Assembly: GCA_041667145.1 (NCBI GenBank) | Contig: JBAYFP010000003.1 | Location: 8,424 to 72,423, forward strand | Origin: Minisyncoccota bacterium | GTDB taxonomy: Bacteria > Patescibacteriota > Minisyncoccia > Phycocordibacterales > UBA9973 | Direction of reading: 5' to 3' | DNA: 64,000 bases | In this document: positions 39,323 through 48,987 of the stretch, in pieces | How the letters are laid out: every line of letters begins with the position of its first letter | Numbering within the stretch: the first letter of the stretch is position 1 | Program-made: the position numbers and the translations under genes | Notes under the pieces: generated by a model | What the model saw: only the letters and a program-made list of their open reading frames with translations | What the model was told of the DNA's origin: nothing | Database searches by the model: none

Positions 39323-39832
39323 TTATTTTCCGTTTTTAAGTCTTATTTCATTACCATCTGCAAAATTTGTAGCTATTTCATCTGCGCGTTCATTCCATTT
39401 ATTACCATTGTGTCCTTCTACATAAATCCATTTAATCTTAAATAATTTAGTAAGTTCATAAAGTTCTTCCCATAGTTCTTTGTTTAAAACAGGTTTTTTG
39501 GCAGCATTTCTCCAGTTATTTTTCTGCCAATTAAAAATCCATTCTGTAATTCCCAAAATAACGTATTTTGAATCAGAAAAAACCTCAAATACCCCCTCCT
39601 TACTCCTCCCCCTACCGTAGGGGGAGGCTGGGTGGGGGTAAATACCACTATTTTTCATATACTTGAGAGCCTCTATAGGTGCAGTGAGTTCCATTTGATT
39701 ATTTGTAGCATGTTTAGAAGCCCCACCAATTTCAAAAACTTTTTTACCGTCAATTATGATGGCTCCCCATCCGGCTGGCCCTGGGTTCCCCCTCGCCGCC
39801 CCATCTGTATAAATTATTATTTTTGATTTCAT
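39323..39832 (-). CDS. rnhA: Ribonuclease HI with in-frame palindromic insertion
   Basis: IYTDGAARGNPGPAGWG, TNNQMEL, SDSKYV, VEGH.G..WNERAD. Confidence 0.95.
   Translation of the reverse strand: MKSKIIIYTDGAARGNPGPAGWGAIIIDGKKVFEIGGASKHATNNQMELTAPIEALKYMKNSGIYPHPASPYGRGRSKEGVFEVFSDSKYVILGITEWIFNWQKNNWRNAAKKPVLNKELWEELYELTKLFKIKWIYVEGHNGNKWNERADEIATNFADGNEIRLKNGK
39590..39640. repeat. C/G-run palindromic element in-frame in rnhA
   Basis: TACCCCCTCCTTACTCCTCCCCCTA-CCG-TAGGGGGAGGCTGGGTGGGGGTA; close match to 25787-25836. Confidence 0.92.
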
Positions 39833-39866
39833 ATTTAAATTATACCAAAATATTTAACTATAAACC

Positions 39867-39906
39867 AATGTCAAAACTCTTAGCGATAGCAGAGACTTTT
39901 GACATT
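39867..39906. promoter_or_regulatory. Inverted repeat upstream of the PaaX/Cas2-like gene (operator or REP-like)
   Basis: AATGTCAAAA-N20-TTTTGACATT with inner CTCT/AGAG. Confidence 0.6.
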
Positions 39907-39926
39907 AATTAATATATAATAATATT

Positions 39927-40409
39927 ATGACATTAGTTTACGAAATGCTTAAAGCAATAAGTGAAACTTCCCTCTCCTATAAAGGAACCCAAGTAAACAT
40001 TTTTGGGATACCAAAATTAAAAAATAGATCTTACAAATCTATCCGTTCTATGGTGTCTTATGTGAAAAAGAATAATTTAATAGTACAAAATGATAAAGGT
40101 TGGCATCTTTCCCCCGCTGGGAAAAAGTATATGAAAAGAAAAGAAGTTTCATTGAAACAGTTTGAAAATGAGTTCACAAAAGAAGCACCTAAAAATTTAA
40201 TAGTCATGTTTGATATTTCAGAAAAACAAAAAGCGGAACGAGAATGGTTTCGCTGGCATCTAAAAAAGTTTAACTATGAAATGATTCAGAGAAGTGTCTG
40301 GGTCGGACCATCACCTCTACCGAAGGAATTTATGAACTATATAGAAAAAATAAAATTAAAAGATTCTATAAAAACCTTTAAACTTGCTAAGTCATATAAA
40401 ATTTCTTAA
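39927..40409 (+). CDS. PaaX-like regulator (wHTH plus Cas2-like ferredoxin domain)
   Basis: WHLSPAG, LIVMFDISEKQKAEREWFR..LK..YEMIQRSVWVGP. Confidence 0.75.
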   Translation: MTLVYEMLKAISETSLSYKGTQVNIFGIPKLKNRSYKSIRSMVSYVKKNNLIVQNDKGWHLSPAGKKYMKRKEVSLKQFENEFTKEAPKNLIVMFDISEKQKAEREWFRWHLKKFNYEMIQRSVWVGPSPLPKEFMNYIEKIKLKDSIKTFKLAKSYKIS

Positions 40410-40415
40410 CAAATT

Positions 40416-42080
40416 TTAAAATATATCCTCTACTCTTAAACGTAATTCTTCTCTCCCTCTAAATCTAGATAAATCAAAGGTGGCTAAAAGATTTATTTTT
40501 TTATCGACAACCAAAGGTACGTCAAAAGAATCGCTGTTTGAAAAAAAGGATACACCTTTTATTTTATTTTTATTCTGTTCATTACTCTTGTCAGAAAAAG
40601 TAATCTCTAAATGTTCTCCTGAACCATTTTTCCCAAATTTCTTAATATTTTCTATTTTTACATTTTCAAAAAGAAAAATCGGCTTAGGGTTCCCAAGACC
40701 GAAAGGAGCGAGCTTCTCTATTTCTCGCCAATTTTTCATATTTACAATACTCAAATCTGATTTAACATCATAAATTATTTCATTTTCTATTTTATCTCGC
40801 TTCACCTTGTGAAAAGAAACAGAGAGAGCTTCTTCTAAAAAATGAACCTTATCTCCAGAAACTGTAAAACCTCCAGCAAACTCATGCCCACCAAATTCTG
40901 TGAAAAATTCACTGGTCTCGGTCATCAATTCTACAAGAGAAACTGATCCATCAGAACGACATGAACCTTTGATTAAATCATTCTCATCTTTTCCCCAAAC
41001 AAAAACAGGTCTTTTGTGTTCTTCGACTATCTTGCCGGCTACTATTCCCAAGACTCCTACACGCCACAATGGATTACCGATGACTATCACTTCTCGCATC
41101 TCTCTTTTTTCAAATTTTTTATTTACTTCACGCATGATACTTGTAACCATAGTTTTCCTATCGTCATTTATTTTTGATAAATGATTTGCAATAGTTCCAG
41201 CTTCTATCTCGTCCGATGTAGAGAGAAGTTCATATGCTCTCCTTGGATCATCCATTCGTGAAGCAGCATTTAATCTAGGTGCAATCATAAAGCCAACATC
41301 ATCTTCAGTCAGATATTTTTGATCAATATTCATTTTTGCGAGAAGTTTCTGTAAACCAGGGCGTGGAGATTTTCTCAAAACTTTCATACCAAAATATGCA
41401 ATAGCTCTATTCTCACCCAAAAGAGGCACAAGGTCAGAAAGAGTAGCGAGCCCTGCCATATCTAACAACCACTTTTCGTAACCTTCTTTTATCTTATAAA
41501 ACTCACCATATTTTTTTATAAAACCTTGTACAAATTTAAAAACTACGCCTGCTCCACACAACATTTTATCTGGGTACTTATCTACTTTTGGATTTAAAAT
41601 AGCAAAAGCTTTTGGCAAAACAGCATGGGGTAAATGGTGATCAGTAACAATAACATCCATACCTCCTACTTCTGCTTGAGCTATTTCAGATACTGCTGTA
41701 ATGCCTAAATCAACAGTAATCAAAAGCTTCACTCCTTTTGAGACAAATTGTTCTATGGCAGAAAGATTGAGGCCATAACCCTCAGAATTTCTCCCTGGAA
41801 TATAAACTTCATATTCTTTAAAACCTATTTTTTTAAACAAATCTTCTAAAATAACAGCTCCGGGAATACCATCACAATCATAATCAGCATAGATAACAAT
41901 CTTTTCTTTAGCTTCTATCGTCTCAAAAAGCTTCACACATGCCTTTTCCATGTCTTTCATTTCAAATGGATCATGTAGATCTCGTTCATAATCTGGGTTT
42001 AAAAAAATCTCTGCTTCTTTTTCAGTTTTTATCCCTCTCTTTTCCAAAATTGCTCTCAGTAATTCATGATATCTTTGCAT
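40416..42080 (-). CDS. recJ: ssDNA exonuclease RecJ
   Basis: YADYDCDG, EGYGL, TDHH, PRLNAA.R, GSCRS, GGHEFAGG, PFGLGNP. Confidence 0.97.
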   Translation of the reverse strand: MQRYHELLRAILEKRGIKTEKEAEIFLNPDYERDLHDPFEMKDMEKACVKLFETIEAKEKIVIYADYDCDGIPGAVILEDLFKKIGFKEYEVYIPGRNSEGYGLNLSAIEQFVSKGVKLLITVDLGITAVSEIAQAEVGGMDVIVTDHHLPHAVLPKAFAILNPKVDKYPDKMLCGAGVVFKFVQGFIKKYGEFYKIKEGYEKWLLDMAGLATLSDLVPLLGENRAIAYFGMKVLRKSPRPGLQKLLAKMNIDQKYLTEDDVGFMIAPRLNAASRMDDPRRAYELLSTSDEIEAGTIANHLSKINDDRKTMVTSIMREVNKKFEKREMREVIVIGNPLWRVGVLGIVAGKIVEEHKRPVFVWGKDENDLIKGSCRSDGSVSLVELMTETSEFFTEFGGHEFAGGFTVSGDKVHFLEEALSVSFHKVKRDKIENEIIYDVKSDLSIVNMKNWREIEKLAPFGLGNPKPIFLFENVKIENIKKFGKNGSGEHLEITFSDKSNEQNKNKIKGVSFFSNSDSFDVPLVVDKKINLLATFDLSRFRGREELRLRVEDIF

Positions 42081-42113
42081 AAGTTGAATTTTAACATAAA
42101 TAACATATAATAA

Positions 42114-42198
42114 ATAAAGTTAAGCAAATTAAAGTTTTCGAGCTGGTCTGGGGCTCTGCCTTGAGGACCCGAGAAAACTTTAATTTGCTTAACTTTAT
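42114..42198. repeat. Long-arm hairpin element with conserved 33-nt core, copy 2
   Basis: Perfect 26-bp arms ATAAAGTTAAGCAAATTAAAGTTTTC / GAAAACTTTAATTTGCTTAACTTTAT; core 42140-42172 is 32/33 identical to 9306-9338. Confidence 0.95.
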
Positions 42199-42591
42199 AT
42201 GCAAAACTGCATTTTTTGTAAAATAATAAAAGGAGAAATACCATGCGACAAAATATATGAAGATGAGAAATACTTATCTTTTTTGGATATTGAACCCGTA
42301 TCAGCAGGGCATATTTTAGTAATACCTAAAGAACATATCGTCTGGATGCAAGAAGTAGATGATGAAACGATATCAGGAATTTTTAAATTATGTAAAAAAT
42401 TAATGCTCGCAATTAAAAAAGGCGTCGACTGTGATTATGTACAGCTCGCTATCAGTGGTAAAGATATTCCTCATTTCCATATACACCTCATCCCACGCTA
42501 TTTCAACGACGGCCTTAGTGAATGGCCAACTATAGAATATAAAGACGGGGAATCGAAAGAAATAATAAACAAAATTATTTCAGCGCTTTAA
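42199..42591 (+). CDS. HIT family nucleotide hydrolase
   Basis: CIFCKI, FLDI.P...GHILVIPK, HFHIH.IPR. Confidence 0.95.
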   Translation: MQNCIFCKIIKGEIPCDKIYEDEKYLSFLDIEPVSAGHILVIPKEHIVWMQEVDDETISGIFKLCKKLMLAIKKGVDCDYVQLAISGKDIPHFHIHLIPRYFNDGLSEWPTIEYKDGESKEIINKIISAL

Positions 42592-43711
42592 TAGCTGGCA
42601 AGGTACCATTCGCAAGAAAGTCTAGCGCCGCCCCACCCCCAGTAGAGACAAAAGTAAACTTGTCCCCTAATTTTAATTTAGAAATAACTTCTCCTGTATC
42701 TCCCCCACCTACGATAGAGATAGCTTTCGTTTCAGTAATAGCTTGAATAATTTCCTCTGTAGCTTTATCGAAACCACTACTTGATTTTCCAAGCGGTCCA
42801 TTCCATAAAATCATCTTGGATTTTTTAATCTTCTTCTCTAAATTCTTTATTGTCTCTGGACCTATGTCTACTATTTCCTCTTGCTCTCCAACTTTATCAA
42901 ATGAAATTACAGACTCTTTCACATTCGCAAGAACGAGAAGATCGCTTGGTAAAATTATTTTTGGATTTTTGACGATAGAAGGTAAACCATATTTTTTATT
43001 TTCAACCAAAGAGGTACCAACTTCATATCCCTTTTCTTTAAGAATTTGACTAACGAGAGCTCCTCCGATAAATAGATCATCTACTGTCTTCAAAAAACGT
43101 TTTATAATAGGGAGTTTTGTCTCAAATTTTGCTCCACCTAAAATTAAAAGAAATGGATGTTTGGCTTTTTTTAATACAAGCGATAAATATTTAACTTCTT
43201 TGAGAAATTGAAACCCTGCGTAGCTTGGTAAGTATTTAGGTACACCAACTATCGAAGCATGTTCTCTATGTGCATCTGGAAAAGCATCAATAACATAGAT
43301 ATCTCCAAGTTTAGCTAATTTTTTGGCGAAACTCGGATCATTTTTTTCTTCTCCTGGTTCAAAACGTAGATTCTCAACTAAAAGAACCTCTCCCTTTTTT
43401 AAAGATCTAGCCATATTTTCTGTCTCAACACCAATACAACTATCAGCAAATTTAATTTTTCTTTTTAATAACTCTTCTAAAACAGGAACCAACGGTTTTT
43501 CTGTAAAATTCATATCCCTTTTCCCTCCGGGCCTACCTTGATGAGTTAAAATGACAAGTGGACCTTTTTTTATTAGAAACTTAATAGTAGGCAACAATAC
43601 TTCAATTCTTTTTGAATCAATGACTTTCCCATCCTTTATAGGCACATCGAAACCAGCACGTAAAAGTATCACTTTATCTTTAAAACTTTTTATTTGTTTG
43701 ATGCTTCGCAT
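42575..43711 (-). CDS. pgk: Phosphoglycerate kinase
   Basis: HQGRP, ENLRF, DAF..AHR.HAS, GGAK, WNGP, GGGDT, STGGGA. Confidence 0.95.
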   Translation of the reverse strand: MRSIKQIKSFKDKVILLRAGFDVPIKDGKVIDSKRIEVLLPTIKFLIKKGPLVILTHQGRPGGKRDMNFTEKPLVPVLEELLKRKIKFADSCIGVETENMARSLKKGEVLLVENLRFEPGEEKNDPSFAKKLAKLGDIYVIDAFPDAHREHASIVGVPKYLPSYAGFQFLKEVKYLSLVLKKAKHPFLLILGGAKFETKLPIIKRFLKTVDDLFIGGALVSQILKEKGYEVGTSLVENKKYGLPSIVKNPKIILPSDLLVLANVKESVISFDKVGEQEEIVDIGPETIKNLEKKIKKSKMILWNGPLGKSSSGFDKATEEIIQAITETKAISIVGGGDTGEVISKLKLGDKFTFVSTGGGAALDFLANGTLPAIKALK

Positions 43712-44451
43712 AACTTTACAATTTTAGAAAATTTTTCTCCATCTAAATTAGCCCTACCAACCAAAAAACCATCTGCGTTACCATCCTTAATAAAATCTAT
43801 AGTATTTTTCTCATCAACTGACCCACCATAAATTATTTTAATATCTGATGCTTCCTTTACACCAAATTTATCACTCAAAATTTTCTTAATAAAAATATTC
43901 ATCTCAAGGAATTCTAATGGGCTAGCTGGGTGAGCTCCATTACCTATAGCCCAGATGGGCTCGTAAGCAATGATAACTTTTGAAATAGAATTTTTTGAGA
44001 CTCCATTTAAGCATTCTTCTATTTGTGTTTTTATGAAATTTAAATACTCGTGATTTTCGTCCCGAATACTCTCCCCTACGCAAAGTATAGGAGAAAGGCC
44101 TGCCTTAAGTGATGCTTTTATCTTTTTATTTATATCAACATTACTTTCTCCCATTGCACGTCGCTCTGAATGACCAACTATCACATAGCGCACTCCAAGA
44201 TTATAAATCATATCTCCAGACACCTCCCCTGTATATGCTCCACTATCCTCCCAAAAAAGATCTTGCGCACCTAAAGATATTTTTCTTGTCTCTTTTTTTA
44301 ATTTTTCTAAATATATGAAAGGCGGACAGATTATAATTTCTGTCTTTTTGACACCTAATATGGATTTCGCTACATTACTAAGTAATTTTTCCGCTTCTTT
44401 TAGAGACTCAGGATTCATCTTCCAATTTCCTATAACTATCTTTTTAGACAT
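43690..44451 (-). CDS. tpiA: Triosephosphate isomerase
   Basis: GNWKMN, GAYTGE, GHSERR, AYEPIWAIG, YGGSV. Confidence 0.97.
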   Translation of the reverse strand: MSKKIVIGNWKMNPESLKEAEKLLSNVAKSILGVKKTEIIICPPFIYLEKLKKETRKISLGAQDLFWEDSGAYTGEVSGDMIYNLGVRYVIVGHSERRAMGESNVDINKKIKASLKAGLSPILCVGESIRDENHEYLNFIKTQIEECLNGVSKNSISKVIIAYEPIWAIGNGAHPASPLEFLEMNIFIKKILSDKFGVKEASDIKIIYGGSVDEKNTIDFIKDGNADGFLVGRANLDGEKFSKIVKLCEASNK

Positions 44452-44477
44452 AAAAATATTGTATCACATTATTACTC

Positions 44478-46280
44478 TCATTGTGTTTCTCCCCAACCTT
44501 GCACATTCCATGCCCCTGATGGACCACCTACAAAATTTTGATTAATCAATCCACTATCATAAATAAGATCAGAATCATTACCTAGATCTATGCCATACCC
44601 AGTAAGTTGTCTTGCTTTAGCTTTACTTCGTACATCGATTATCCCATTTGCAGCATATAAAATGACAGCTTCTACCTTACTACTCAATGTAATAGCATCA
44701 TCACCATTACAGCTCGGATCAAAAGGACAATTACTAGTAGTTAAAGCTAGAACGTAACTTTTAGAATTTCCAGAAGTAAATTCTGCATCATTACTAATAG
44801 TAATATTACCATCGACGATTATAGCCACACTTGCACCTCCATATGAATCTGATGGTTTTACTATAGCCCTATGATCCACACGAAGGTTCCCAGTAATCCA
44901 AAGTGTGCCAGTAAGCGTAAGAATATCTTTATCATCTAAATGAAAATTGCCATTAATTTTTTTAGGACCTAGAGTTACTCCATGACCACCAGGTATATAA
45001 TCACCATTTATAATTCCACCCGCCAAAGCATCATCCTTCCAATCTTGTATATTTTGGTCTGAGATAGGCATAGCGATAGAAACTGGATCAGCTAAAGATG
45101 TATTACAAGCTCCATTATTAGTTCCAGTATTATTACTTCCAATTTGGCAATAATTCGTTCCAACAATAGAAGAATTTTTTACTGTATGAGCATAAGCATT
45201 CCCAGTGCTATTTTGTCCAATATCAATATTATCAATCGAACCAACTAACCCTTGTAAATAAATCCTAAAAAACAAATCTGCATTTGATGGAGAAACTTCA
45301 CTCCAACCATGATCATGATGATGGTGGTCATGAGAATAACTTCCAATCAGAGCAAAACCATCCGTATAAGAAGTATTGGCACCTATAGTGTAATAATTAT
45401 TATGATCATTATTACTTTCAATAACCAACCAATAACTCTGACCACTAATAAGATTCGGAATGGAGTCAAATGTCACTGTCACCCAACCATACGAAGTAGA
45501 AACCAGAGAAGCAGACAATGTCCCGCGTGCTAAATAGTCTCTCACATCATCTGGCTCACTACTCATATCGTGGGCAATATAAACTGTCGCGTTAGATGGA
45601 TGTCCCACCTTTTTTATATAAATTTCTGCTTTATTTAGAGGTCCAGTGTTATCAACAATAAAACTTTGGGCAATATCTGCGCTAGAATCATGTTGACCAA
45701 AAGATAAATTATATGCTGGGGTGCCAGAACCATTTTCTTGATCAGCCTCCAATGCTGAGCTATTAGCTGATGTGACACTACCTGTGACATCAGCATTACC
45801 CGTCCCAATTACAGGACCATTAGAATAAATACTGCCATCTATAAATGATTTATCTCCCATACGAAAACCCCATTCACCAGCTTGGATACCATAACTAAAA
45901 GAAAGCCCATCGCCAATACTTAAAGACAAGGCATTTTTTCTCTGATAACTCAAAACATCTCCCATAGAAATGATATTCTTTAAACCAAAACTAGTATCTG
46001 TAATATTTGTAACCACAGAATTTCCATTAAGATTTAATGTCTCACTACTAGATATCGCCATATTCTTTCTTATACGATATATCGCATCTTCGCTTCCTGA
46101 TTCAGATAAAAAATATGACTTCTTTGAATTCAAACTCATATTGGCATCTTTAAATTCACTTACTGTCGGTGAAACAAGACCTGAAATTATTGCCAGAGAA
46201 ATAAAAAGAAAAAAAACAATAGATACAAGCATCGCTGCTCCGGATTGATTATTTATTTTTCTTTTCTTTTCTTTTTGCAT
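44478..46280 (-). CDS. PilX/PilY-like pilus-associated protein with His-rich segment
   Basis: QSG-AAML prepilin-like leader, ESGSEDA, long beta-rich extracellular region, SHDHHHHDHG. Confidence 0.7.
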   Translation of the reverse strand: MQKEKKRKINNQSGAAMLVSIVFFLFISLAIISGLVSPTVSEFKDANMSLNSKKSYFLSESGSEDAIYRIRKNMAISSSETLNLNGNSVVTNITDTSFGLKNIISMGDVLSYQRKNALSLSIGDGLSFSYGIQAGEWGFRMGDKSFIDGSIYSNGPVIGTGNADVTGSVTSANSSALEADQENGSGTPAYNLSFGQHDSSADIAQSFIVDNTGPLNKAEIYIKKVGHPSNATVYIAHDMSSEPDDVRDYLARGTLSASLVSTSYGWVTVTFDSIPNLISGQSYWLVIESNNDHNNYYTIGANTSYTDGFALIGSYSHDHHHHDHGWSEVSPSNADLFFRIYLQGLVGSIDNIDIGQNSTGNAYAHTVKNSSIVGTNYCQIGSNNTGTNNGACNTSLADPVSIAMPISDQNIQDWKDDALAGGIINGDYIPGGHGVTLGPKKINGNFHLDDKDILTLTGTLWITGNLRVDHRAIVKPSDSYGGASVAIIVDGNITISNDAEFTSGNSKSYVLALTTSNCPFDPSCNGDDAITLSSKVEAVILYAANGIIDVRSKAKARQLTGYGIDLGNDSDLIYDSGLINQNFVGGPSGAWNVQGWGETQ

Positions 46281-46321
46281 TTTTTCTTTTTAACTTTCTA
46301 CTTTATAAACTTTATAACTAC

Positions 46322-46825
46322 TCAATAATTTCCACGAAGTACAACCGTATCATAAAAATCTTCCGTACGACTTTGTGAATCACGATTGGACTTAACAGTT
46401 AAAAATACTTTTACAGCTTTACCTTTTGTTGTATCTATTTGGGTAAAAATAATATCTGTCACGATTATATTGGATGTGTTTAAATTTGCTGTAAATATAT
46501 TATTTTCCAAAAATCTAATATCTGAACCAGAAAGCGAAAATTCTACTGTCTTTTCGTCCCCCGTACTATCTTTTGTATCAAGTGTTAAATCATTTGTATT
46601 TATAAAATTTATATCGGATGCTTGTCTTATTTCTCGAGAAATTCTTTCCATTACATTTCCACCCTGCATTAGATCCGCTTGAATCACCGTTTCTTTATAA
46701 GCTTTTGTCATAGTGATCAATGAATCAATCACTGCAATAGAAATAATAGCAAAAAGGGCAATATAAAAAAGTGTTTCTAGTAATGCATAACCTTTATTCG
46801 TTTTTTTTATACTGAAAATTTTCAT
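46322..46825 (-). CDS. Minor type IV pilin (PilW/PulJ-like)
   Basis: KG-YALLE class III signal, I.REIRQA. Confidence 0.85.
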   Translation of the reverse strand: MKIFSIKKTNKGYALLETLFYIALFAIISIAVIDSLITMTKAYKETVIQADLMQGGNVMERISREIRQASDINFINTNDLTLDTKDSTGDEKTVEFSLSGSDIRFLENNIFTANLNTSNIIVTDIIFTQIDTTKGKAVKVFLTVKSNRDSQSRTEDFYDTVVLRGNY

Positions 46826-47292
46826 GAAAAAATATCTGTTATATAAAATTGCAATGTCTTTACTACTGTCGCGCCTCCCTCAGGCCAAGATACTGTCACT
46901 GTAACTAATTTTGTTCCTGAATCAGGAGTGCCACCAAGACTGACGATTTTCGAAGTATCGTCTCTATTAACATTCGTTATGTTAACCGTACGTGTAAAAA
47001 TCCCAATTGTGGAAGAAGTAGACGATAAAGTCCAAATTTTATTAACACTATCAAAAGTCGGATAGTAAGTGCCATTAGAAATATTACTCCAAGCATTATC
47101 ACGAACGACTCGAACGACTTCAGCTCCTTCTTCTAATAAAAAAGATGTCTGATAAATGTGTAAAGACTGACGAGAGATAGAAATAGCTTTTTGTGTGACA
47201 AACATCGCAGCCAGCATAGAAACGACAATAATAGAAATACCTACTAATATTTCAACAGTCATAAAACCTCCATTTTTTCTAAAATTTGTCAT
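46822..47292 (-). CDS. Minor type IV pilin (PilV-like)
   Basis: GG-FMTVE signal, LEEG.E.VR, VTV.VSW. Confidence 0.85.
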   Translation of the reverse strand: MTNFRKNGGFMTVEILVGISIIVVSMLAAMFVTQKAISISRQSLHIYQTSFLLEEGAEVVRVVRDNAWSNISNGTYYPTFDSVNKIWTLSSTSSTIGIFTRTVNITNVNRDDTSKIVSLGGTPDSGTKLVTVTVSWPEGGATVVKTLQFYITDIFS

Positions 47293-47295
47293 TTT

Positions 47296-47769
47296 TTAAT
47301 TTACACTAACTGTCCCCGTTGGAGAAATCGTTATAATTTTAGAGTAAGAAGACGTAGATATTGTAACTGTATTTACGCCAGAATTACTCGGTGTCCCCGA
47401 GGGACGATTAAAATAAATATCTCCAGATGTCCCACTTACACCATTGATTGTAACATTTGAAATAACGGCAGGTGAAGTTATATTTGTTGTTTTATTATCA
47501 ACTGCATTAGACGAAAAAACTTTACCCTTAAAAAGAATCATTTTATCAGATTGAAAATGTACACCATACTCTGAAGAATTTACCGAAGCCAAGCTTTGAG
47601 CTTGCGCAGTATGAAGTACAGAAGTGATATCACCTACTGTATTTTTAAGTATTTGATTTTCTTTCATTTTTGAAAATTGTGGTAATACAACCGCAACTAA
47701 AATACCAATAATAGCGACAACCATCAGCATTTCAATCATCGTTATTCCTTTTTTATAAAAATTTTGCAT
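47296..47769 (-). CDS. Type IV pilin (FimT/GspH-like)
   Basis: KG-ITMIEMLMVVAIIGIL..P. Confidence 0.88.
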   Translation of the reverse strand: MQNFYKKGITMIEMLMVVAIIGILVAVVLPQFSKMKENQILKNTVGDITSVLHTAQAQSLASVNSSEYGVHFQSDKMILFKGKVFSSNAVDNKTTNITSPAVISNVTINGVSGTSGDIYFNRPSGTPSNSGVNTVTISTSSYSKIITISPTGTVSVN

Positions 47770-48986
47770 TATTTTATATTATCCATTACTGAATACAAAG
47801 GTGAAATCATAGAAATAGCAAAAAATCCGACAGCAGCACCGATAAATACCATGAGCACCGGCTCAATAATCGTGGAAAGGTTTTTTGTTTTATTTTCTAT
47901 TTCTTCTTCATAAAAAAGAGCTACTTGAAGCAACATATCAGATAGTTTCCCCGTCTCCTCTCCGACCTCTATCATCTCCGACATCATTATCGGGTAAAGA
48001 TATGGATTTTCTGAAAAAGCTTTAGAAAAAAGCGCACCTTTTTGTATATCTTCCTTAGCCTGCATCAAAACTTTTTTATAATAAATATTCTGCACGACAT
48101 CTCCTGTTATCTCTATCGCTCGAATTATGGAAACTCCTGACAATAATAAAGAAGACATGGTGCGTGTAGTGCGAGCAGTGTTTAATTCTTTAGATAATTT
48201 ACCAATAATCGGCAACCTTATAACTATAAAATCAATATACTTCTTCATAAAAGGAGCCCGAAATAAATAAATAAAACCGACAACAAACCCTATTATCAAG
48301 CCAAAAGACAAAATCAAATATTGGGAAAAGAAAGTACCCAAAGCAATTATGAATTCTGTCGAGGCTGGAAGTTTCGTCCCGAGTTCTTTAAAAGTCCCTG
48401 CAAGCGTCGGCACGACAAATGCAAACATCAAAATACCTATTATGACCATGGCGCAAAGTATCACTCCTGGATACATGAGTGCCCCTTTTACTTTTTTAGT
48501 TATTGAATGAGCTTTTTCTAAATTCATACCGACTTCAGACAATGCACCAGCAAAATTGCCTGATTCCTCACCTGCTTTTGTCATCGATATAAAAAGATTA
48601 GAAAAAGTTTTTGGGAATTTTGCTAAACCTGAAGAAAGTGTTCCACCCGTATCTATCTCGTTGCTCAATGATGTTAAAATATTACTAAATGCAGGATTTT
48701 TGGTTTGTTTTTTAAGAACTGATAATGCTCTTGAAAGAGAAAGCCCCGCTCGAAGCATTCCGCCTAAATTTTTAGTAAAAAGAATTTGTTCTTCAATTTT
48801 TACTTTCGAAAAAATACGAGCAAAAATCAATGAAAAATCAAGCGAAGTAATTTTTTTCTCTTTTATGGATCTAGGAATGTTTCCCTTGGATCTTAATTCA
48901 CGAGAAAGTGAAAAACGATCGACTGCCTCCATCGTGCCTTCAAAAATTTCTCCCGTCTTCAATTTTGCCTTATAAGAGAAGAGCAT
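47769..48986 (-). CDS. pilC: Type IV pilus platform protein PilC/GspF
   Basis: FTKNL..ML.AGL, AGEESG, ALMYP, VGEETGKL..ML, IEP. Confidence 0.92.
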   Translation of the reverse strand: MLFSYKAKLKTGEIFEGTMEAVDRFSLSRELRSKGNIPRSIKEKKITSLDFSLIFARIFSKVKIEEQILFTKNLGGMLRAGLSLSRALSVLKKQTKNPAFSNILTSLSNEIDTGGTLSSGLAKFPKTFSNLFISMTKAGEESGNFAGALSEVGMNLEKAHSITKKVKGALMYPGVILCAMVIIGILMFAFVVPTLAGTFKELGTKLPASTEFIIALGTFFSQYLILSFGLIIGFVVGFIYLFRAPFMKKYIDFIVIRLPIIGKLSKELNTARTTRTMSSLLLSGVSIIRAIEITGDVVQNIYYKKVLMQAKEDIQKGALFSKAFSENPYLYPIMMSEMIEVGEETGKLSDMLLQVALFYEEEIENKTKNLSTIIEPVLMVFIGAAVGFFAISMISPLYSVMDNIK

Positions 48987-48987
48987 A

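Noticed and set aside
39927-40409. True CRISPR cas2
   Set aside because: Has an N-terminal wHTH region, is longer than Cas2 and has no cas neighbours or array.
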